A stretch of 44,367 bases of DNA from Gemmatimonadota bacterium (GTDB lineage: Bacteria > Gemmatimonadota > Gemmatimonadetes > Longimicrobiales > RSA9), in the NCBI GenBank assembly GCA_019347975.1, contig JAHWKI010000001.1:1-44367 (forward strand), read 5' to 3'. Below are positions 8,734-18,867 of this stretch, piece by piece (position 1 is the stretch's first letter; the number at the start of each line of letters is the position of its first letter). The translations under genes and the position numbers were made by a program. Under the pieces are notes generated by a model. That model was not told the DNA's origin and did no database searches. It saw nothing but the letters and a program-made list of their open reading frames with translations.

Positions 8734-10015
8734 CCATGGAGAGGACGCGGATGCGGCCGCCGGGGAAGTCCACCTCGTCGCTGGCCTTCGCGAGCCGACC
8801 GAGGCGGCCCATGACGTACCCCGCGACCGTGGTGTAGTCCTCCTCGGGCAGGGCGAGCTCGTAGCGCTCGTTGATGTCGCTCACGCCCACCGTCCCGCTG
8901 AGCAGGACGCCCCCCTCGGCGATCTCCAGGATCTCGTCGTGGACCTCCTCGTGCTCGTCCGCGATCTCGCCGACGATCTCCTCGACCAGGTCCTCCAGGG
9001 TCACCAGCCCGGCCGTACCGCCGAACTCGTCCACCACGATGGCGAGATGGATGCGGTCCTTCTGCATGTCCCGCAGCAGGTTCTCGACGCTCTTCCCCTC
9101 CGGGACGAACGTGGCGGAGCGGACGAGGGGCGTGAGATCGAGGACGCCGGCGCGCTGCGCCCGCCAGACCTCGCGGGCGAGCACGACGCCCACGACATGG
9201 TCGAGGGAGTCCTCGTACACGGGGAGGCGCGAGTGGCCCTCGGTGAGAATGACATCAGCGGCCTGCTCCACGGTGTAGCTGGCCGGGATGGCCACCATCT
9301 CGGTGCGAGGCGTCATCACCTCACCGGCAGAGGTCTCGGAAAGGTCGAACACGCCGCGGATCATGTCCACCGGCTCCTTGGAGAGGAGACCGGACTCGTA
9401 GCTCTGGTCGACGAGCATCTCGATCTCTTCCGGCCGGTGCACGCGCTCCATCTCGGTCGCCGCGCGGAGCCCCATGGTCCGGAGGAGCAGGTTCGCGGCA
9501 CCGTTGAGGAGGATGATGAACGGCGTGAAGATGCGGGAGAACACGAGGAGCGGGCCGGCGGTCCAGAGGCTGACCTGCTCCGGGAAGAGGAGCGCGAGGG
9601 ACTTGGGGGCGAGCTCGCCGAACACGATGTGCATCACCGTGATCAGCGAGAAGGCCAGGGCGACGGCGACGCCGTGGGCGGCCAGGATATCGAACGGGGG
9701 TGGGAGTCCGTCGAAGGCCGCGAGAAAGATGACGGCGAGGGTGCTCTCGCCGACCCAGCCGAGGGCGAGGGAGGCGAGGGTGATGCCGAGCTGCGTGGCC
9801 GAGATGTAGTGGTCGAGGTGCGTGATGACCTCGCGGGCCAGGCGCGCTCGGCGGTTCCCGTCCAGCGCCATCTGCTCGATCCGGGTGCGCCGCGCGCCGA
9901 CGAGCGCGAACTCCGAGGCCACGAAGAAGCCGTTGGCGGCGACCAGAAGGAACGCGATGAGGAGACGGAAGAGGATCTCGCCGACGCTGAGCGCGGCGTG
10001 GAGCTCGCCTTCCAT
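8651..10015 (-). CDS. Hemolysin/CorC family protein (DUF21/CNNM TM domain + CBS pair + CorC_HlyC domain)
   Basis: 454 aa. N-terminal 4-TM DUF21-like region, a central CBS region (..IPASYTVEQAADVIL..), and a C-terminal transporter-associated domain. Confidence 0.88.
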   Translation of the reverse strand: MEGELHAALSVGEILFRLLIAFLLVAANGFFVASEFALVGARRTRIEQMALDGNRRARLAREVITHLDHYISATQLGITLASLALGWVGESTLAVIFLAAFDGLPPPFDILAAHGVAVALAFSLITVMHIVFGELAPKSLALLFPEQVSLWTAGPLLVFSRIFTPFIILLNGAANLLLRTMGLRAATEMERVHRPEEIEMLVDQSYESGLLSKEPVDMIRGVFDLSETSAGEVMTPRTEMVAIPASYTVEQAADVILTEGHSRLPVYEDSLDHVVGVVLAREVWRAQRAGVLDLTPLVRSATFVPEGKSVENLLRDMQKDRIHLAIVVDEFGGTAGLVTLEDLVEEIVGEIADEHEEVHDEILEIAEGGVLLSGTVGVSDINERYELALPEEDYTTVAGYVMGRLGRLAKASDEVDFPGGRIRVLSMDGRRILRVALLLDAAIPDDGDEPPVRD

Positions 10016-10040
10016 TAATGTACGACCCGGAGGTCAGCCA

Positions 10041-11789
<1,749 letters not shown>

Positions 11790-11846
11790 CAGCAGTCAGC
11801 GCTCCGTATCGCATGCCCGGCGGCCCGCTTCGGCCCCGAAGGCCTC

Positions 11847-12896
11847 CTACCCGGCGGCGGCGCGCACGATCCGAGCCGCCACCTCGTACGGTGTGACCTC
11901 CCCGGCGTCGAGAGCTTCCAGACTCTTCTCCAGGATGGCTCCTCCCTCGCCGTCCTGCCAGACCCGCAGGAGCAACGACTGATGGACCGCGTCCCGCACC
12001 CGCTCCTCCAGCCGGGCGCGACGCCGCCGCACGAGCTCACCGGTCTCCTCCAGCCACGCGGTATGCGCGTCGAGGGCCGCGAGGAGCTCCGGTAGCCCCT
12101 CTCCTCCCTCCGCCTGGGTGAGCAGCACGGGAATCTCCCATGCCCGGTGCTCCGTCGAAGTCGAACTCGAAGTCGAACTCGAAGTCGTCTTCTTCCCCGC
12201 CCTCCGGAGGTCCACGCCGTGGTGCGCCGGGATGTTCCGCATGGCCTGGCCCATGCGCAGGTGGAGCATCATCTCCACCTCCCTGGCCAGGCGCGGGGCG
12301 CCCGGACGATCGGCCTTGTTGATGACGAAGAGGTCCGCGGCCTCCATGAGCCCGGCCTTCATGGTCTGGATGGAGTCGCCGGATTCGGGGACGAGGACGA
12401 CGACGGTCGTATCGGACGCCGCGGCGATGTCCAGCTCGCTCTGGCCCACACCCACCGTCTCGACGAGGATGACCTCGAAGCCGTACGCGGCGATCACGTC
12501 GATCACCTCGCGGGTCGCCGCGGCGAGCCCGCCGAGGGCGCCGCGCGTCGCCATGGACCGGATGAAGACACCCTCGTCGCTGGCGACGTCGTTCATGCGG
12601 ATCCGATCGCCGAGGAGCGCCCCGCCTGTGTAGGGGGAGGTCGGATCCACGGCGACGACGCCGACGGTCTGACCGCGCTCGCGAAGCAGGCGGATCAGGT
12701 TGGACGTGATGGTGCTCTTCCCCGCCCCGGGCGGACCCGTGATTCCGATCCGGCGCGCGTTTCGGCCGCCGCCGTGGAGCTCGTGGAGGAGCTCCTGGAA
12801 GCCCTCGCGCTGATTCTCCACGATGGAGATCACGCGGGCGAGGGCGGCGCGCTGACCGGCGCGGAACCGGGCGAGGAGGTCATCGTGCTGCGTCAT
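11847..12896 (-). CDS. meaB: Mutase-associated G-protein chaperone MeaB/ArgK family
   Basis: GITGPPGAGKST P-loop and VAVDPTSPYTGGALLGDRIRM signature. The ORF runs up to 12998, but the ATG at 12896 (MTQHDDLLARFRAGQRAALARVISIVEN) matches normal family N-termini. Confidence 0.88.
   Translation of the reverse strand: MTQHDDLLARFRAGQRAALARVISIVENQREGFQELLHELHGGGRNARRIGITGPPGAGKSTITSNLIRLLRERGQTVGVVAVDPTSPYTGGALLGDRIRMNDVASDEGVFIRSMATRGALGGLAAATREVIDVIAAYGFEVILVETVGVGQSELDIAAASDTTVVVLVPESGDSIQTMKAGLMEAADLFVINKADRPGAPRLAREVEMMLHLRMGQAMRNIPAHHGVDLRRAGKKTTSSSTSSSTSTEHRAWEIPVLLTQAEGGEGLPELLAALDAHTAWLEETGELVRRRRARLEERVRDAVHQSLLLRVWQDGEGGAILEKSLEALDAGEVTPYEVAARIVRAAAG
12154..12189. repeat. 12-mer/hexamer tandem repeat gtcgaagtcgaactcgaagtcgaactcgaagtcgtc, in frame inside meaB (encodes TTSSSTSSSTST)
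   Basis: Read directly. Reverse-complement orientation relative to the repeats at 1151 and 2536. Confidence 0.75.
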
Positions 12897-12906
12897 GTAT
12901 GGGGCG

Positions 12907-12935
12907 AATGTCCGGAGCGCGGCGGGATCTGTCAA
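12907..12935 (-). promoter_or_regulatory. Candidate sigma70-like promoter for meaB: TTGACA-17 nt-GACATT, ending ~10 nt before the 12896 ATG (would give a near-leaderless mRNA)
   Basis: tgtcaa at 12930-12935 and aatgtc at 12907-12912 on the plus strand, 17-nt spacer. Sequence match only. Confidence 0.25.
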
Positions 12936-13009
12936 ACGCCCGCGGTGATCCGTCCGAGGTGGCCGGAAAGGCGGTGGCAGGTCAATATGCGGGTTCATTT
13001 TTCCGGGAG

Positions 13010-13954
13010 GTGCGGCTGAGATCCAGGGCCAGGAGGTGGATCCTCGTGATGGGGGCGATGAGCGGCCTGTCCGCCTGCGAAGACGGGACGGAGCCGCTGG
13101 TGACGCGCCCCAGCCCGCTGGCGGGGGCCTCCTTCTATGTGCCCTACCCCTCCGACGCCTCGAGACAGGCCGAAGCGTGGCGGGCCGACCGGCCGCTCGA
13201 CGCGGCGGCGATGGACAGGATCGCTTCGGAGCCGAGAGGGGTGTGGCTCACCGATTCCGATCCGCTGCCGGAGCTGACCGGGACGCTCGCGGCGGCGGAG
13301 GAAACCGGCACGGTCCCGGTCTTCGTCGCCTATTACATCCCCCAGCGGGACTGCGGGGGCGAGGGGGCGGCCACGCCGGCGGCGTACGCCGAGTGGATCC
13401 GGACGGTGGCCTCGTCGCTGGAGGGACGGGAAGCCGTCGTGGTGGTGGAGCCGGACGCACTAGGGCACCTCGAGTGTGAGGGGGTGCGGCGAGCGGAGCG
13501 GCTGGCCGTGCTGCGGGACGCGGTCACGGTGCTGAAGTCCGCCGGGGCGGTCGTCTACCTGGACGGCGGACACCCCGACTGGCTGAGAGTGGCGGACGCC
13601 GCGGAGCGGCTCGAAGCGGCCGGGATCGACGACGCGGACGGCTTTTCGCTGAACGTCGCGAACTTCGTCGACACCGGTGAGAACGTGGAGTACGGGCAGG
13701 CGGTGGCCGCTCTCCTCGGGCCGACGGGGTTCATCATCGACACGAGCCGCAACGGCGCCGGGAGCGCTCCGGACGGTGAGTGGTGCAACCCTCCCGGCCG
13801 GAAGCTCGGCGCCGCTCCGACGACCGAAGCTCTCTACCCGGCGGTCGACGCCCTCCTGTGGATCAAGCGGCCAGGCCAATCCGACGGCACCTGCAACGGG
13901 GGCCCCCCCTCCGGGGAGTGGTGGCCGGAATACGCGCTGATGTTGGCCGGCTGA
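13010..13954 (+). CDS. Glycoside hydrolase family 6 (beta-1,4-glucanase-type), lipoprotein, no CBM
   Basis: Both GH6 signatures are present: VAYYIPQRDCGGEGA and VVVVEPDALGHL. Also FIIDTSRNG and LWIKRPGQSDG. A GTG start at 13010 gives VRLRSRARRWILVMGAMSGLSAC (lipobox LSAC). The ORF track starts it at 12899. Confidence 0.85.
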   Translation: MRLRSRARRWILVMGAMSGLSACEDGTEPLVTRPSPLAGASFYVPYPSDASRQAEAWRADRPLDAAAMDRIASEPRGVWLTDSDPLPELTGTLAAAEETGTVPVFVAYYIPQRDCGGEGAATPAAYAEWIRTVASSLEGREAVVVVEPDALGHLECEGVRRAERLAVLRDAVTVLKSAGAVVYLDGGHPDWLRVADAAERLEAAGIDDADGFSLNVANFVDTGENVEYGQAVAALLGPTGFIIDTSRNGAGSAPDGEWCNPPGRKLGAAPTTEALYPAVDALLWIKRPGQSDGTCNGGPPSGEWWPEYALMLAG

Positions 13955-14057
13955 GCCGCGTTCGGCCCCTTTCGGCACGACATTTGACCTGATGTCAGAG
14001 GACCGCTCCGGGCCGGGCGCGGGTATGTGCCCGTAGACCCTTCAAGGAGGCAACCTC

Positions 14058-15146
14058 TTGCGGCATAACGAGAAAAGGCACCACGCCGAGCGGCGGCGCC
14101 ACCAGGGGCCGTGGTGGAAACCGGACCGGCGCAGCATCGCGCCCGCGCTCATGGGCGGACTCTCGACCCTGATTCCGGGGCGTGCGGCCCCGGCGGCGCC
14201 CCCGGCCATGGCGGCGTCCGAGCCGGGACGGGAGCCACCGGAGCGGGAGGTCGCGACCGCGACGAGCAAGCTCACCCGGACCACACTGCACGTCCCTCGC
14301 AATGAAAAGGCGGAGCGACAGGTCGCGAGCTGGCGCAAGAGCCGCCCCGAGGACGCGCGGCTGCTCGAACGCATGCTGTCCCAGCCGACGGCGTCCTGGT
14401 TCGGAGACTGGAACCGGGACGTACGGGCGGACGTGAACCGGCTGGTCACGGAGGCGGCGAAGAACGGCTCCGTTCCGGTCATGGTGGCGTACAACATCCC
14501 CAACAGGGACTGCAACCAGTATTCGGCCGGCGGCGTCGGTGACGCCGCGGAGTACCGGAGCTGGGTGCGCCAAGTCGCCGCCGGGATCGGGGATCGTGAC
14601 GCCGTGGTGATCCTCGAGCCGGACGCGGTGGCGCTCGTCTCCTGCCTGACGCAGGAAGGCCAGGCCGAGCGCTTCTCGCTCATCCGCGAGGCCGTCTCGC
14701 TGCTGAAGAAGGAGAGCGGTGCGACCGTCTACATCGACGCCGGTCACGCGCGGTGGGTCCCGGAAGAGGAAATCGCCCAGCGTCTGCACCTGGCCGGGGT
14801 CGACCTGGCGGACGGATTCGCGCTGAACGTTTCGAATTTCCTCGGCACGGCGGAGAACACGGCGTACGGTGAGCGCGTGGGCCGCCGACTGGGGAACCCG
14901 CACTTCGTGATCGACACCAGCCGGAACGGCGGGTCGGTGGCGGACGGGGAATGGTGCAATCCCGCTGGCGCGGCTCTCGGCCAGACCCCGACGACGGAAA
15001 CACGGCATCCGCTCCTGGACGCGCTGCTCTGGATCAAGCGGCCCGGAGAGTCGGACGGGACGTGCAACGGCGGCCCGCCCGCGGGTGAGTGGTGGGGTGA
15101 ATACGCGCTCGGGCTCGCCCGTGGGGGGACGCGCCTGGCCGGCTGA
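14058..15146 (+). CDS. Glycoside hydrolase family 6, second tandem paralogue
   Basis: VAYNIPNRDCNQYSAGG and VVILEPDAVAL signatures; FVIDTSRNG; LWIKRPGESDG. TTG start 7 nt after AAGGAGG (14044-14050). The N-terminus has an RR-containing signal-like region. Confidence 0.85.
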   Translation: MRHNEKRHHAERRRHQGPWWKPDRRSIAPALMGGLSTLIPGRAAPAAPPAMAASEPGREPPEREVATATSKLTRTTLHVPRNEKAERQVASWRKSRPEDARLLERMLSQPTASWFGDWNRDVRADVNRLVTEAAKNGSVPVMVAYNIPNRDCNQYSAGGVGDAAEYRSWVRQVAAGIGDRDAVVILEPDAVALVSCLTQEGQAERFSLIREAVSLLKKESGATVYIDAGHARWVPEEEIAQRLHLAGVDLADGFALNVSNFLGTAENTAYGERVGRRLGNPHFVIDTSRNGGSVADGEWCNPAGAALGQTPTTETRHPLLDALLWIKRPGESDGTCNGGPPAGEWWGEYALGLARGGTRLAG

Positions 15147-15173
15147 CGACTTCAAGCAAGAAAGCGAGCTTCT

Positions 15174-16418
15174 GTGCACTCTGGAAATACGTGGGTCCTG
15201 GGATCCGCGGCGGCGTGGGCGCTGCTGTCCGTCGTGATCGTGGCCGCTCCGGTATGCGGGCAGGGGGACCAGGGGCGGTCGGGCCCGCTGGGTGAGTCGG
15301 TGGACGGTCCGATGATGGACGCCGCGCGCACCGCCTGGCGGTTCATCGAGGAGAACACCGACGAGGGGACCGGGCTGGTGCGGGCGACGCCGAACTACCC
15401 GAACGCCACGACCTGGGACATGGGGAGTGGTCTCGCGGGGCTGTACTCCGCCCACGAGCTGGGCATCATCAATGACGCGGAATACGGGCGGCGGATGGGA
15501 CAGATGCTCGCCACCCTCGCGGAGCTGCCGCTCTTCGACGGGGTCGCCTACCACAAGGTCTACGCGGTGGCGAACGGCGCGATGGTGGACAACGAGGGTG
15601 ATCCGGACCGCGACGGGTACGCGTGGTCGGCCACCGACCTGGGCCGCTTCCTCCTCTGGCTGGCGATCATCGAGCGGTCGGACCCGGAGCACGCCGAGCT
15701 GGCGCGCCGTGTGGCCCGGCGGGTGGATCCATCCCGGATCATCAAGGACGGGTACCTCTACGGTGAGGACAACACCCGCTCCCAGCCCTTCCTGGAGGGC
15801 CGGATCGGGTACGAGCAGTACGCGGCGCGGGGGTTCGCCGCGTGGGGCTGGCGCGCGGAGAAGGCGCTGAACCTGATGACCAACGCCGATCCCGTCGACG
15901 TCTGGGGTTACACGATCTATGAGGACGGGCGAGGGCTGGACCGCGTCGTGAGCGAGCCGTTCGTGCTGATGGGTCTGGAAACCGGCTGGGACGACTCGAC
16001 CCGCGCGCTGTCCGGCCGGCTGCTGGACCTGCAGGAGGAGCGCTACAAGCGGACAGGCCAGGTGACCATCGCCAGCGAGGACGCCGTGGACGTCGCGCCC
16101 CACTACTTCTACTACTACTGCATCTACTGCAACGGCAAGCCGTTCGTGGTCGACATCCACACGCCGGGACAAACGCTGGACGAGCCGCGGTGGGTCAGCA
16201 CGAAAAACTCCTTCGGGTGGCACGCGCTCCTGCCCCGGCCGTACACCGAGCTGGCGGTCGAGACGGTGCAGCCGGCCCGGACGTCCCGCGGCTGGCAGTC
16301 GGGCGTATTCGAGAAGAGCCACGAGCCGACGGGGACCCATGACGTCAACACCGCGGCGATCATCCTGGAGGCGGCGCTCTACGCCAAGCGGGGCGCGCCC
16401 CTGCTTCCGGAGGGCTGA
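15174..16418 (+). CDS. Secreted DUF3131-like protein (probable alpha/alpha-barrel glycoside-hydrolase-like fold)
   Basis: 414 aa, GTG start, signal peptide WVLGSAAAWALLSVVIVAAPVCG. ...ATTWDMGSGLAGLYSAHELGII... resembles DUF3131 family proteins from memory. Not verified by search. Confidence 0.55.
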   Translation: MHSGNTWVLGSAAAWALLSVVIVAAPVCGQGDQGRSGPLGESVDGPMMDAARTAWRFIEENTDEGTGLVRATPNYPNATTWDMGSGLAGLYSAHELGIINDAEYGRRMGQMLATLAELPLFDGVAYHKVYAVANGAMVDNEGDPDRDGYAWSATDLGRFLLWLAIIERSDPEHAELARRVARRVDPSRIIKDGYLYGEDNTRSQPFLEGRIGYEQYAARGFAAWGWRAEKALNLMTNADPVDVWGYTIYEDGRGLDRVVSEPFVLMGLETGWDDSTRALSGRLLDLQEERYKRTGQVTIASEDAVDVAPHYFYYYCIYCNGKPFVVDIHTPGQTLDEPRWVSTKNSFGWHALLPRPYTELAVETVQPARTSRGWQSGVFEKSHEPTGTHDVNTAAIILEAALYAKRGAPLLPEG

Positions 16419-16433
16419 GGGCGGCGCCGGGCC

Positions 16434-17672
16434 CTACGACCCGGCGGAAGCGCCTTCACAGGGGAGCGGACGTCCCTCGGCGCTCGGGTCGCCGTCCCCC
16501 GGCAGGACTTCGGACGGAGGCGGACCGCCCAGCGCGGCGTAGGCGTCCAGGAACGCCCGGGTGATCTCGTCGCGGGGGCAGGGGCGCGTGAACGGGACCA
16601 TGACCACGGTCGGTCTCGGAGCCTCCCGCACCTGACGAGCGAATCGGGCGACGCCCTGCGGATCGGCCGGGTCGTACGGCTGGAACCGGAAGGGAACGCC
16701 GTACTGCTGGAAGAGCCGCTTCCCCTCGGCGATCCACTCCCGCTGCTCCGGGTCGGCAGGGTCCATCATCATGAGGACGGTCTCCACCTGTCCGCCGAAG
16801 AGCTTGCTGAAGCCCTCGCGCTCGTTCGGATAGGGGACCACCCAGAGGTCCTCCGCGAGGACCTGGAAGTTGCCGCGCTCCATCAGGAAGCGACCCTCGG
16901 CGACCCGGTCGGCGAAGGTGCGGGGCGCCTTCAGGTCGCCGGCCGTGGCGACGCGGGCCTCCCCCATGCGCTCGACCATGGCCTTCACGACGTTGGCCCG
17001 GTCACGCCCGAGGCCGCAGTGCACGTAGTACTTCCCCGTTCCGCGCTCGACCAGGCCGCGGATCGTTTCCAGCGCCCCCTCGTTGTCGCTCACCCACGGG
17101 AGCATGGGCGCGTGCACGAACGGGATCCCGACGTTCCGGGCCGCTTCCTTCTCCGCGCGGATCCCCTGCAGCTCGATGGGGACGACGGCCGGGTGCTGGA
17201 GTGAGACGACGGCCGTGAAGCCGGCCTCCTTCAGCTCGCGCAGCCGCGCTTCGTCGGGGTAGGCGCCGAACACGAACTCCGGCCCCGCATCGAGGGCGAT
17301 CCGCGACTCCTCGCCGCCCGCTATGGCTGCGTACCTCGCGGGGTTGGACCACCCCCACAGCGCCAGCGATGCGAGCATGGTCGCGACGGCCGGGATGGCG
17401 AACCGCCCCGCTCCGCCGCGGAGGGACCGTCGCCACAGCCAGAGCGAGAGGAAGAACGAGCCGATGACGAACGCGGCCATGACCGCCCACATGGCGTAGG
17501 CCTCCATCCCGGCCGCGGCGCTGTCGCGGAGGAGGCCGGTCACGCCCCGCGCCGCGAACAGGAGCACCGCCGTCCCGGTCGCGAAGCCGATCATCAGCCA
17601 GAGGTACAGGAACAGCCCGACCTCCACCCAGCGCCGACGATCCGCCCGCGGGTTCCGCTCACCAACGCTCAT
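16434..17672 (-). CDS. 3-TM membrane-anchored dual-specificity/PTP-like phosphatase (CX5R) with a C-terminal degenerate phosphatase-like half, paralogue 2
   Basis: YYVHCGLGRDRANVV is the HCxxGxxR P-loop. N-terminal TM region GFATGTAVLL. The ATG at 17672 overlaps the upstream stop (ATGA). The ORF track extends it to 17720. Confidence 0.7.
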   Translation of the reverse strand: MSVGERNPRADRRRWVEVGLFLYLWLMIGFATGTAVLLFAARGVTGLLRDSAAAGMEAYAMWAVMAAFVIGSFFLSLWLWRRSLRGGAGRFAIPAVATMLASLALWGWSNPARYAAIAGGEESRIALDAGPEFVFGAYPDEARLRELKEAGFTAVVSLQHPAVVPIELQGIRAEKEAARNVGIPFVHAPMLPWVSDNEGALETIRGLVERGTGKYYVHCGLGRDRANVVKAMVERMGEARVATAGDLKAPRTFADRVAEGRFLMERGNFQVLAEDLWVVPYPNEREGFSKLFGGQVETVLMMMDPADPEQREWIAEGKRLFQQYGVPFRFQPYDPADPQGVARFARQVREAPRPTVVMVPFTRPCPRDEITRAFLDAYAALGGPPPSEVLPGDGDPSAEGRPLPCEGASAGS

Positions 17673-18829
17673 GATGCCGCCTCCGCCGCCTGCGCGGCTC
17701 GACCTCGCTCCCCCACCCACGCGCTCCGGAAGGTCCCGGCGATCGCCGATTCCCGTCCCGTCCCCGTGAACGGCACGATCACGGTCAGGGGTCGGGGAAG
17801 CCGGCGGGCGGTGCGCGCGATCTCGCTCGCCGCGGCCCCGTCTCCTCCGTCGAGGCTGCGGACGGTGTGCGGCACGTCGAACTGCGTCAGGAGCTCACGC
17901 GCGCTGGCCAGCCACTCCGCCTGCACCGGGTCTGCGTCATCCAGGAGGAGCAGCACGTGCTCCACCTGGCCGCCGAGCATGTGCCCGAACATCTCGTGCT
18001 TGTTCGGATAGGGGACGACCCACACCCCCTCCTCCAGCTCGATCGGCGGACCGCGCTCCAGGTCACCCAGCCCCTCCGCCTCGCGGTCGGCCCACGTGAG
18101 CGCGTCCTCGGTCGCCCCGTCGGAAGCCACCCTCCCGCCCATGCGCTCGATCACGCGCTGGACCACGCTCACCCGATCGCGGCCGAGCCCGCAGTGCACG
18201 TAGTACGTCCCTCCGTCCGCGCTCCTCACCAGCTCCCGGATCGTCTCCAGTGAGCGCTCGTTGTCGCTCACCCACGGCAGCATCGGGGCATGGACGAAAC
18301 GGATCCCCAGCTCCTTCGTCCACTCCTTCTCCCGCGCGATCCCTTCCGGCTCGAACGGCACGACCGCCGGGTGCTGCAGTGACACCACCGCCGTCACCCC
18401 CTCCTCCTTCAGCTGCTGCAGCCGCTCGCGGTCCGGGTAGGGTCCGAACAGGAACTGGCTCCCCGACTCCGTCACCATACGCTCACCGCCCCCCTCCACC
18501 CCGGCCACCGCGGAGTAGACGACAGGGTTCCGCCACCCCCAGAGCGCCAGCATGGCCGACCCCGTGACCGCGACCACGACCAGCCCTCGCACCGGGCGCG
18601 ACGGGTGTCGCAGGATGAGAACCCTGGTGAAGTAGAGCGCCAGCAGAAACGAGCCGCCGATGAACGACAGGATCACGACCAGCATCGCGGCGCGCTCTGC
18701 GCCGGGGGCGTCGAAGGCTTCGGTCACCCAGCGGGTCGGGCCCAGCAGGACGACCGTGCCCGTCGCGAATCCCACCATGAGCCATACGTACGCGAAGAGC
18801 AGGAATCGGGGGACAGAAGGACGATTCAT
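17669..18829 (-). CDS. 3-TM membrane-anchored dual-specificity/PTP-like phosphatase (CX5R) with a C-terminal degenerate phosphatase-like half, paralogue 1
   Basis: YYVHCGLGRDRVSVV P-loop. Colinear with paralogue 2 (GFATGTVVLL, AVVSLQHPAVVP, FVHAPMLPWVSDNE, WVVPYPN). Confidence 0.7.
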   Translation of the reverse strand: MNRPSVPRFLLFAYVWLMVGFATGTVVLLGPTRWVTEAFDAPGAERAAMLVVILSFIGGSFLLALYFTRVLILRHPSRPVRGLVVVAVTGSAMLALWGWRNPVVYSAVAGVEGGGERMVTESGSQFLFGPYPDRERLQQLKEEGVTAVVSLQHPAVVPFEPEGIAREKEWTKELGIRFVHAPMLPWVSDNERSLETIRELVRSADGGTYYVHCGLGRDRVSVVQRVIERMGGRVASDGATEDALTWADREAEGLGDLERGPPIELEEGVWVVPYPNKHEMFGHMLGGQVEHVLLLLDDADPVQAEWLASARELLTQFDVPHTVRSLDGGDGAAASEIARTARRLPRPLTVIVPFTGTGRESAIAGTFRSAWVGERGRAAQAAEAAS

Positions 18830-18855
18830 GTGTGGCCGCTGGGGCGCGAGTCAAA

Positions 18856-18867
18856 AAACAATTGTTT
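18856..18867. promoter_or_regulatory. Perfect 12-bp palindrome AAACAATTGTTT in an AT-rich island of the divergent phosphatase/OMP intergenic region. Candidate operator.
   Basis: Read directly. An adjacent imperfect inverted repeat gcatgtgcaacgcgtatgc lies at 18877-18895. Confidence 0.4.

Noticed and set aside
16101-16130. TAC-rich run (cactacttctactactactgcatctactgc) that looks like a trinucleotide repeat
   Set aside because: It is in frame within the DUF3131-like gene and encodes HYFYYYCIYC. It is most simply a Tyr/Cys-rich peptide motif rather than a repeat element.
13995-16340. 781-aa minus-strand ORF
   Set aside because: It is antisense to GH6 number 2 and the DUF3131-like gene, both of which have signal peptides, Shine-Dalgarno sites and family signatures. 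The antisense product is Arg/Pro/Val-rich with no motifs.
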